Positions 24,517-32,157 of a DNA stretch of 32,157 nt are shown here, one piece after another. The notes beneath the pieces are model-generated. The model had not been told where the DNA came from, ran no database searches, and was given only the letters and a program-made list of their open reading frames with translations. Numbering within the stretch: the first letter of the stretch is position 1; the number at the start of each line of letters is the position of its first letter. Position numbers and translations under genes: made by a program. The DNA lies in sequence record SRR20825019_2481; one strand, written 5' to 3'.

Positions 24517-27500
24517 ATGCACAAGCTAATCGAATGGTTCACCCGCAATAGCGTCGCCGCGAATATTCTCATGGTCGCGATCCTCGCGTCCGGGATCTAT
24601 TCGATCTCCTCGAAGATCATCTTTCAGGAATTCCCCGACTTCGTCTATCGCACCATCACGGTCTCCGTTTCCTATCCGGGATCGACTCCCACTGAAATTG
24701 AAGAAGCCGTCGTCGTGCGCTTGGAGGAAGTGCTCTACGATTTGGAGGGATTGAAGGAAATGGAAAGCCGGGCCACCGCGAGCTCGGGCACGGTGACATT
24801 GGAAATCGAAGAGGGATTCGATATGGGCGAGGCCCTTGATGAAATCACCAATCGCGTTTCCACGATCCGAACGTTCCCCGACGAAGCCGAACGTCCCCAG
24901 ATCAGTATCGCCTCCCGTCAGGAGCGCGTGATCACCATGGTGATCGCGGCCGACCTCAACGAACGCGAGTTGAAGGAGTTCGCGGAGGGCATCCGCAACG
25001 AGGTTTCCAACCTGCCCGAGGTCACGATCGCCTCGCTGAAAGCGGTGCGGCCCTACGAAATTTCCATCGAAATTCCGGAGAACAATTTAAGGAAATTCGG
25101 CCTCGGCTTCAATGAGGTCGTCCAGGCGATTCGCACGCACTCGATCGACCTCTCCGCCGGAAGCATCAAAACCGAGGGGGGCAATGTGCTCCTCCGCACT
25201 TCCCAGCAGGCCTACACGCAGGAGGACTTTGCGGAGATCACCGTGATCACCCAATCGGATGGCACCCGCATCACCCTCGCCGATATCGGGGTGGTTACGG
25301 ATGGGTTTGATGAGATTCCAATCCGTCCCCAATTCAACGGCGCTCGCGCCGTTGCCATCGATGTCTTCCGGACGGGATCCCAGAACATTCTCGAAATTGG
25401 CCAGGCTGTAAAAGACTTCATTGCGGAAAAGAAGCCGACCCTCCCACCAGGAATCGAATTAACGTATTGGCAGGATGATTCCGAACGGATCAGAGCGCGT
25501 TTGGACACTCTGGTGGACAGCGCGATCATGGGATTCGTGCTGGTATTGGTGGTGCTTTCACTGTTTCTCCGGCCTTCACTGGCCATCTGGGTCGCCCTCG
25601 GTGTGCCGATCGCCTTTGCCGGGGCCTTCTTCCTGCTCCCCCTCGGAGGCGTCTCCCTGAACATCGCCACGATGTTCGCCTTTATCCTCGTGCTCGGTAT
25701 CGTGGTGGATGATGCGATCGTGACGGGCGAAAACGTCTATCAGCACATGCAGGCCGGTGAGACCTCCCTGCAGGCCTCGATCAAAGGCACCCAGGAAGTC
25801 GCCATCCCGGTGATCTTCGGTGTGCTCACCACCATCGTCGCCTTTTATCCCCTCACGGTGATGACCGGATTCCGCGGGACCTATTTCAAACAGATCCCTT
25901 TCGTCGTCATTCCCGTGCTCTTGTTCTCGCTGATCGAATCGAAATTGATTTTGCCGGCTCACTTGAAGCACAGCCGCCGACTGACCGCTTCGGTTAATCC
26001 GAAAAATATTCTGGTGAAAATCCAGCAGTTCTTTGCGAGAGGGCTCGAGAGCTTCGTGCTCAAATATTACCGCCCGGTGCTGAACTCGTGCCTGAATCAT
26101 CGCTACGTCACCGTTTCCATTTTCATCGGTCTGTTCATCATGTTTGTCGGCGCGATGTTCTCCGGCCATATCCGCTGGACTCCCTTCCCCAACATCCCCC
26201 GCGATCAGGTCACGATTTCGCTCACCATGCCGATCGGCACCACGATCGAAAAAACCGACGCGATCATTCGGAAAATTGAAAAAGAAGCCCTGATCCTCAA
26301 ATCCGAGCTACGGGAAAGCTACGGGGAGGAAGTGATCAATAACATCTTCGCCACTTCCGGCGGCAAACCGTTTGGCTCCGGGTTCAGTCGTGGCGGACCG
26401 AGCGCCGGGGTCGCCGAATCCGGCGAAGTCGTCGTCGAACTCGCCACCAATGCAGCCGGCACCACCACGATCAGCAGCCGCGACGTCAGCATGCAACTGC
26501 GCCAGAGAGTCGGGCCCGTGCCGGAGGCCGAACAACTGAGCTTCGCCTTCGCCCGCGGCAACAGCGGCACCCTCGCGGTGCAGCTCCTCGGTCCCAACTT
26601 AAGCGATCTGGTCGCCGTCTCGAAGCAGGTGCAGCGCAAATTGGCCGACTATCCGGGGCTGTTCGACATCCAGGATTCGTTTGAAACCGCCAATCAGGAA
26701 CTCGAGCTCGAACTCAAGCCGCAGGCCTCCCATCTCGGCGTAACCGCCCAGAATCTCGCTACGCAGGTTCGCCAGGCTTTCTATGGAGCGGAAGCCCAGC
26801 GGATCCAACGCGGACGCGACGACGTCAAAGTGATGGTGCGTTATCCCGAAGCAGAACGGAAATCCCTCGCCGCGCTGAACCGCATGATGATCCGGACCTC
26901 CACCGGACAGGAAGTTCCCTTTGAGGAAGTCGCCCAAGTCGTGCCCGGCAAGAGCCTGCCTTCGATCACGCGGACGGATCGCAACCGGATCGTCACGGTC
27001 ACGGCGGAAGGCGATCCCGAATCCGTGGATGTCGATGCCATTCAAAACGAACTCATCAATCTCGTGATACCTGAAATCGTGCGGGACTACCCGACGGTGC
27101 AATACAGTCTGCAGGGTCGCGCCGCCGAATCACGTGACAACAACACGGAATTCCTGAATGGCTGCATCTTCGTGATCATCGCGGTGTATGTGCTCCTCGC
27201 CATCCCTTTCAAAAGCTACTTCCAACCCCTGATCGTGATGGCCGCCATCCCCTTTGGAGTCGTCGGAGCCGTCCTCGGCCACCGGATAATGGACTACATT
27301 TATCAGATCATCGGTGCGGCGAACAATCCGGCCTCAAGTGTCACCATGTTATCGCTCCTCGGTATGCTCGCCCTGTCCGGGGTGGTGGTGAATGACTCGC
27401 TCGTGATGGTCGATTTCATCAACCGGAAAACCAAGGAAGGCATGCCGCTGAGCGAAGCCGTGCGACTCGCCGGCGTGAAACGTTTCCGCGCGATTTTGCT

Positions 27501-27735
27501 GACATCGCTGACCACCTTCGCGGGCCTCTTGCCGCTGATGTTTGAAGACAGCAGTCAGGCGCAATTCCTCATCCCCATGGCCATCTCACTCGGCTGGGGC
27601 GTGATCTTCGCCACCGGCATCACCCTGATCCTGATCCCGACCGTGACTCTCATTTTTGACGACATCCGCAAAAGTTTCGCCTGGCTCTACGACTTCGACG
27701 AATACGCGAAAGAAGGCGCAGAGACGCACGAGTAA
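24517..27735 (+). CDS. RND efflux permease (AcrB/AcrD/AcrF family)
   Basis: 1072 aa; YPGSTPTEIEE, LGIVVDDAIV (TM4), GVVVNDS, RFRAILLTSLTT..GLLPL, IPMAISL. Confidence 0.95.
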   Translation: MHKLIEWFTRNSVAANILMVAILASGIYSISSKIIFQEFPDFVYRTITVSVSYPGSTPTEIEEAVVVRLEEVLYDLEGLKEMESRATASSGTVTLEIEEGFDMGEALDEITNRVSTIRTFPDEAERPQISIASRQERVITMVIAADLNERELKEFAEGIRNEVSNLPEVTIASLKAVRPYEISIEIPENNLRKFGLGFNEVVQAIRTHSIDLSAGSIKTEGGNVLLRTSQQAYTQEDFAEITVITQSDGTRITLADIGVVTDGFDEIPIRPQFNGARAVAIDVFRTGSQNILEIGQAVKDFIAEKKPTLPPGIELTYWQDDSERIRARLDTLVDSAIMGFVLVLVVLSLFLRPSLAIWVALGVPIAFAGAFFLLPLGGVSLNIATMFAFILVLGIVVDDAIVTGENVYQHMQAGETSLQASIKGTQEVAIPVIFGVLTTIVAFYPLTVMTGFRGTYFKQIPFVVIPVLLFSLIESKLILPAHLKHSRRLTASVNPKNILVKIQQFFARGLESFVLKYYRPVLNSCLNHRYVTVSIFIGLFIMFVGAMFSGHIRWTPFPNIPRDQVTISLTMPIGTTIEKTDAIIRKIEKEALILKSELRESYGEEVINNIFATSGGKPFGSGFSRGGPSAGVAESGEVVVELATNAAGTTTISSRDVSMQLRQRVGPVPEAEQLSFAFARGNSGTLAVQLLGPNLSDLVAVSKQVQRKLADYPGLFDIQDSFETANQELELELKPQASHLGVTAQNLATQVRQAFYGAEAQRIQRGRDDVKVMVRYPEAERKSLAALNRMMIRTSTGQEVPFEEVAQVVPGKSLPSITRTDRNRIVTVTAEGDPESVDVDAIQNELINLVIPEIVRDYPTVQYSLQGRAAESRDNNTEFLNGCIFVIIAVYVLLAIPFKSYFQPLIVMAAIPFGVVGAVLGHRIMDYIYQIIGAANNPASSVTMLSLLGMLALSGVVVNDSLVMVDFINRKTKEGMPLSEAVRLAGVKRFRAILLTSLTTFAGLLPLMFEDSSQAQFLIPMAISLGWGVIFATGITLILIPTVTLIFDDIRKSFAWLYDFDEYAKEGAETHE

Positions 27736-27780
27736 TATCTGAATTCCTGAAACTTAGAAGCTGTGATGGAGGTTCTCGTT

Positions 27781-27875
27781 AAGGGTGGGCGGGCACGTCC
27801 CTGTGCCCACCGTCGGTTGCACTGCGCAACGGATCCGCACGGCCTGCCGGGCACGGGACGTGCCCAGCCACCCTT
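27781..27875. repeat. REP-like inverted doublet with internal hairpins
   Basis: AAGGGTGGGCGGGCACGTCCCTGTGCCC (27781-27808) versus GGGCACGGGACGTGCCCAGCCACCCTT (27849-27875); each arm contains GGGCAC…GTGCCC; central GTTGC…GCAAC. Confidence 0.75.
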
Positions 27876-27899
27876 TTTCGCAGCTTCGTAGACTTCATT

Positions 27900-28077
27900 G
27901 TCATGGCGAGGATCGAGTGACGTCATGTCCTCCTTAGCTTTAGCGGCGGAGAAAGCCATCCACGACTACCCATTGTGCACGCCTTCACATTCGTGGATTG
28001 CCACGCCCGCGGGGGGGCGGGCTCGCAATGACAGACCAGCGGAGTGCATTAGCAGGACGCCCGCGACTCGCAATGAC
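27900..28077. repeat. GTCATTGCGAG…CTCGCAATGAC-type palindromic (MITE/RPE-like) element with duplicated right end
   Basis: GTCATGGCGAG (27900-27910), inner stem GCCATCCACGA/TCGTGGATTGC, hairpin GCCCGC/GCGGGC, CTCGCAATGAC at 28022 and again at 28067. Confidence 0.7.
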
Positions 28078-28105
28078 AGTCAAAAACCAACAGCGATTGG
28101 CATCT

Positions 28106-29224
28106 CTATTTACCCGAATCGCAGGCCAAAATCGTGCCCGCGATGTGTCTGATCCCATCGTCCACTTGGAAGTAATACGTCACGAGCACGCGTTTATCAT
28201 CCAACAGCACGGCCCACGGATAGCCGAGATCGAAACCACCGCCATCTTCGCGCAGAATCATTTCTGACGCGGTGGCAAAGTCGGTGCACTCGGCATTCAA
28301 GATACGGCACCGAATCCCATAAGGTTCGTGACGGTAGCCGTAAACCAGCAGCACCCGATCATCGGGCAAACGCAGGGCATGCAGAGGATGCCCCTTGAAT
28401 CCCATGCCCTCCCAAGGCTGGAAGCTTTGGCCGCCATCTGTGGAACGGGCGATGCAGGCCTCATCATCAAGATTCGCTGTGCGCATAAAGGCGATCAGAT
28501 CGCCATTCGGAGTTTCGTGCAGCGAGGTCTCGCTAAAGGAAGCCTTGGCATCAGTCGCTACCGGACACGAGTAGTTCCACGATTCGCCCTTGTCCTCGGA
28601 AATCAACAGATGCGTCGCCGCCCGCCGGGGTTCCGAACTCTCGTTCGCCGCACAAACCCAAAATAGCCGGCCATCGCGACCCTCGATCATCGCCCCACGA
28701 TTGTAAGCCGGCACCGTTTTCCCATAAGGATTTAAATGCACCTCGGTCGGGATCGACGGCGGCGTGAGTGGCCCCTGCCAGCTCGCACCTCCGTTGGTCG
28801 AACGCAAATAATACCCTCCGCAAAAGACTGATCCGGGACGGTTCTCAAGCACCGGGGTTTTCAATTGAGGCACCGTTTCAGGCGACATAAACGTCCAGGC
28901 GTAACTCGCGCAAAACAGACTCCCATCGCGTAGCTGCAACAAACAGGGATCCTGTGAACCGCCGAGGTGGTGAGCATGGATCAACTCGGGATCGGTGCTC
29001 CAGTTTTCGCCGTCTCTTGAACGCAGCGACACGAGATAACTATTGGGATGAACATGACTATTGTTCTCACCGCCCATGAGACGTCGATTGGGAGCGCGAC
29101 GAAAGGCCAATAGCAATTCACCATCGGGGCGCTTCACCACGGAGGGAAAGGCCGAGAAAAAATTTTCGTCATCATAAATGACAATATCCTTAACTTTACG
29201 ATAGGTCGGTGGGGTCGTGCTCAT
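28106..29224 (-). CDS. BNR/Asp-box beta-propeller, sialidase-family-like protein
   Basis: Asp boxes SRDGENW, STNGGASW, SEDKGESW, STDGGQSF; AFPS, YGYR, DLGYP; no signal peptide. ATG 29224 chosen. Confidence 0.85.
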   Translation of the reverse strand: MSTTPPTYRKVKDIVIYDDENFFSAFPSVVKRPDGELLLAFRRAPNRRLMGGENNSHVHPNSYLVSLRSRDGENWSTDPELIHAHHLGGSQDPCLLQLRDGSLFCASYAWTFMSPETVPQLKTPVLENRPGSVFCGGYYLRSTNGGASWQGPLTPPSIPTEVHLNPYGKTVPAYNRGAMIEGRDGRLFWVCAANESSEPRRAATHLLISEDKGESWNYSCPVATDAKASFSETSLHETPNGDLIAFMRTANLDDEACIARSTDGGQSFQPWEGMGFKGHPLHALRLPDDRVLLVYGYRHEPYGIRCRILNAECTDFATASEMILREDGGGFDLGYPWAVLLDDKRVLVTYYFQVDDGIRHIAGTILACDSGK

Positions 29225-29274
29225 AAATTCCTTGTTGGGGGAGGTGATATCGTCGTAGGGAACAATCGATCGGG

Positions 29275-30987
29275 TCAGGTCTCGATCGGGCGAATCGCCA
29301 GTTCGATACACACGACGGTGAGGGCTGTTTCGTTGCCGTTCTCGATCGTGATTTCGTTCCAGCCGTCTTTCACCAGCTCGATGGGAAAATGAAAATTACA
29401 GCCCTGATGTTCCGACGTGTGCGATGTGAAACAGCCTGAAGGATACAGGAGTTCCCTCGTCACGGAGTGTTCGAGCCGCGGCCAACAGCCATTGAACGCC
29501 ACCGGGAGGACCGCCGTAGGGTCATCGGCCTTCAGCACGACTTGGATGACCAGTTCCAAACCACGGTCAGTAGGTTCGGCACACATCGGCAGGCGGAACG
29601 ACCGGTTCCACGAACCCTCCAAAACTGTCGGAAGTTGCGGCGCAATATCAAATGGTGGCAGGAGCATCCCGCGACCGCTCATCGAAAACGTATAGTGCTT
29701 CGGTAAGCCACGAAGCGACTCCAGCTGATCGATCCCCCGCAGCGCGGTGTAATCCGAGATCAGGCCGGGGATTCGAGCGGGGTCGGTGCAGTAAAAGTTA
29801 TACCATTCGATCCCAACAGCCCCCAGCACGAGTTTGCCCGCCGCGTTGGCGCGGAGCATTTCGTGACTTGATGTCAATTTGCGCATGTCCTGCGTCTGGT
29901 CCAACTCCGGTGACAAAGCGGGCAGCGCATTGGCCCCGAATTCAATCACACCATAGATCGCCACCTGGTCTCCCAGTTGCGCCTTCAACTGGTCATGAGG
30001 CATTTCCCACGACGTGCACCAGAGACTCGAAGGCGCAACAAAATCCACCGTGCCATCGCGACAGAGCGTCTCCACATCAAGGCCAATGCTTTTCAAGGCC
30101 GCCAATTGCCCGGGGATGCGTAACCCCAACGGATAGGGTCGCCCGGTCTTCTCGGCGCGTCGCTGCGTGAGGGCACGCACTTCGCGCAACCAATCACTCA
30201 TCATTTCGATCGTTTCAGAGGAAGCGTTCGGTTCACAGCAGAGCGGTTGACGCCACCAATCGAGTTCCAGCCCCTCGAAATCGTAATCTTCCACCACTTC
30301 CTTGATCTGCGCCATCATCAGATCACGCACCTCGGCTTTCTCGTAGTTCAGGCCGGTGCGATACTTGGGCCTGTCCATGGTCGGAGAGTAACCGCTGCGC
30401 TTTAGACGCATCTCCGGATTTTTCAACAAGGGCACATTGAAGAAACTGCCCTCCACATTCTTATACCCGTGATAGTCGTTCATGCGGATGCTCACCCAGG
30501 GCGAAACTCCGCGTCGCCGACACGCCGCCGCCGTCTCGGCCAACCAATCCACGCCCGCATCCAATAAATCCTGGTAGAGATTCATCATCGCCATGATCCG
30601 ATCAATGAAACGCTCCACCTCCGCCGGCTCGGTGAGATCCTGGCAAATCGCGTGACCCCGAAAAAATTCCCGATCGCCCCGCACATAGCCGTCGAGAATC
30701 GTCGGGATCACTTTACTCGGATACCACGCACGGGAGGCGTTGGCATTAATCAGAAACGTATCAATCCCACTGTCGGCCAACAAATCCACATAGTTATGAA
30801 TCGCTTGAGCCGTGAAGGGACCGCCCTGAGGTCGGGGCCGGGCCTCCGACTTACCGACCTCTCCCAACGAGAAATTTTCCGGCAACCATTTTTCCGGGTT
30901 ATAGAAGAAAACACAGGAGTCGCCGTTGAAGAGATTGCGATGGTGCGTCGTGAGTTTTTCAGAATCGGGCAGATTCGAAGCAGGCAT
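29275..30987 (-). CDS. Putative TIM-barrel glycoside hydrolase-like protein (GHL10-like) with C-terminal beta domain
   Basis: FNGD, WVSIRMND.H, LNYEKAEVR, YDFEGLELDWWR, GLDV..L..G.VDFV, YNF, KDGWNEI. Confidence 0.65.
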   Translation of the reverse strand: MPASNLPDSEKLTTHHRNLFNGDSCVFFYNPEKWLPENFSLGEVGKSEARPRPQGGPFTAQAIHNYVDLLADSGIDTFLINANASRAWYPSKVIPTILDGYVRGDREFFRGHAICQDLTEPAEVERFIDRIMAMMNLYQDLLDAGVDWLAETAAACRRRGVSPWVSIRMNDYHGYKNVEGSFFNVPLLKNPEMRLKRSGYSPTMDRPKYRTGLNYEKAEVRDLMMAQIKEVVEDYDFEGLELDWWRQPLCCEPNASSETIEMMSDWLREVRALTQRRAEKTGRPYPLGLRIPGQLAALKSIGLDVETLCRDGTVDFVAPSSLWCTSWEMPHDQLKAQLGDQVAIYGVIEFGANALPALSPELDQTQDMRKLTSSHEMLRANAAGKLVLGAVGIEWYNFYCTDPARIPGLISDYTALRGIDQLESLRGLPKHYTFSMSGRGMLLPPFDIAPQLPTVLEGSWNRSFRLPMCAEPTDRGLELVIQVVLKADDPTAVLPVAFNGCWPRLEHSVTRELLYPSGCFTSHTSEHQGCNFHFPIELVKDGWNEITIENGNETALTVVCIELAIRPIET

Positions 30988-31050
30988 AGGGCTATCAGTG
31001 GGGTTGGGCTGAACGGCAATCGCGCTCGATGAGCGCTGCTTAAAGCGAGA

Positions 31051-32142
31051 TCAGCTCACCCTGCCGCGAGCATCGACGGTCCATTGATCGACGACCTGAT
31101 CGCCTTCGACCACGGTCACCGTATCGGTCAAGTTGATCACCGTGCAGACATGCGCGACGATGAAACGGATCCGGTCTCCGATCTGGAGTGCTTCCACATC
31201 GGCCCCTTCGAGCACGCCGTGTTCTTCGCTTAGCTTTAGCGCACTGATATCACGACCGTCGGCCGCGATGCCGCTGATCAAGGCTTTGGTTTTATCGGCC
31301 GAAAACACTTTACGCCCCGCATCGATCAGCGCGATTCCGGGGGCCGGACGGTCCACCACCGTGGCGAGCACGTTCACGGCCACATTATCGGGGGACATCA
31401 CCTGCGTGGTCGTCGCCAAAGACATATCCCCGAACATATAGGAACCGGGACGCACGGCATTCACCTTGCCGGATGCCGCCATGATCTTGGCCGACACACT
31501 GCAACCGGGCAGCAGCGGCAACGACGGATCAACCGCATCGCGCACTTCGATTAATTTCTGGAGAATCTTTTCAATCTTCTCCGGGCGCTCCACGGGATCC
31601 ACCCCATAGAGCTGACCTTCATGGGTGTAGATCCCCACGAGTTCAAGGTGCGGACAGGCCGCCACTATCCCGGCAATCGTTTTCGCCGATTCCGTATCAC
31701 GCACCCCTTCCCGATCAAGACCGGTGTCCACCGCCATCACCACTTTGAGTGGACGATCCGTCGCCTCGGCGACTTTCACCAAAGCCCCGGCATGCGCCAC
31801 GCTGGTCACCGCGACACGAAGTTCGTCCAACTGATCAGCCAACGCCGCCAAGCGAGGCGCGACCCGCACATCCACCAGCGAATGCGCGATAAAAATACGT
31901 TTCACGCCCGAGGGGATCATCGCTTCTGCTTCGCCGACCTTGGCACAGGTGAGACCTTTCGCCCCCGACGCCAATTGGCGTCGCGCGACTTCGACCATCT
32001 TGTGCGTTTTCATGTGAGGCCAAAGCTCCACGTCATGCGCGTTACAGACATCCTGCATCGCTTGAATGTTTTTATCCAATAGCTGGCGGTCCAAGAGGAC
32101 AACGGGTGTGATCAGATCGTCGATGTGTGTGGGGGAACTCAT
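31051..32142 (-). CDS. Fold-type III PLP enzyme, D-threonine aldolase / D-serine dehydratase (DSD1) family
   Basis: TPVVLLD, PHMKTHK (PLP Lys), CAKVGEAE, VDTG..REG, H.G, RPGSY.FGD, DAG.K..S.D, SEEHG, HVC…N. Confidence 0.9.
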   Translation of the reverse strand: MSSPTHIDDLITPVVLLDRQLLDKNIQAMQDVCNAHDVELWPHMKTHKMVEVARRQLASGAKGLTCAKVGEAEAMIPSGVKRIFIAHSLVDVRVAPRLAALADQLDELRVAVTSVAHAGALVKVAEATDRPLKVVMAVDTGLDREGVRDTESAKTIAGIVAACPHLELVGIYTHEGQLYGVDPVERPEKIEKILQKLIEVRDAVDPSLPLLPGCSVSAKIMAASGKVNAVRPGSYMFGDMSLATTTQVMSPDNVAVNVLATVVDRPAPGIALIDAGRKVFSADKTKALISGIAADGRDISALKLSEEHGVLEGADVEALQIGDRIRFIVAHVCTVINLTDTVTVVEGDQVVDQWTVDARGRVS

Positions 32143-32157
32143 GATAATTAAAAAAAA

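Noticed and set aside
27736-28105. CRISPR array or small CDSs (27898-28152, 27998-28267) in the repeat-rich gap
   Set aside because: Only two short direct copies (CTCGCAATGACAG), no regular repeat-spacer period and no cas genes; the ORFs simply traverse palindromic repeats.
28106-29224. Definitive exo-alpha-sialidase (nanH/GH33) call
   Set aside because: Asp boxes only indicate a propeller; no (F)RIP motif is seen (AFPS instead), so activity is unassigned.
32143-32157. AT-rich / poly-A window end as a feature
   Set aside because: Truncated by the window edge; cannot be interpreted.

Overview
This is a GC-rich (about 60% in hand-counted lines) bacterial chromosomal window. Gene content (DUF5069, GxGYxYP, sulfatase, BNR/GH-like proteins) suggests Verrucomicrobiota/PVC, but this is inference only. 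It holds about 26 intact CDSs: SDR, ABC-F, an ECF41 sigma/CMD pair, lipocalin, an OYE/ArsR divergon, a taurine-pyruvate-type aminotransferase, MYG1, an ATP-grasp/zincin pair, GxGYxYP, MATE/sulfatase, Gfo/Idh/MocA, a tripartite RND pump and a PLP-enzyme/GH-like/BNR operon. No rRNA, tRNA, CRISPR array, integrase or transposase was seen. The best candidate for a new system is a ~3 kb low-GC islet at the left end (hand-counted lines about 35-47% GC) with a two-gene operon. The first gene is a HAD/PF06189-type 5'-nucleotidase with an inserted (HhH)2-like domain and a linker-tethered C-terminal domain. The second is a stand-alone IrrE/CapP-like Zn peptidase with no HTH repressor nearby. Together they may form a protease-gated nucleotide-depletion defence or toxin-antitoxin module. 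Other notable points are motif-level regulatory sites (ECF41 promoter, two ArsR operators, a sigma54-like promoter before an orphan tpa) and repeat elements at every convergent gene junction. All family calls come from motif recognition by eye; no searches were run.
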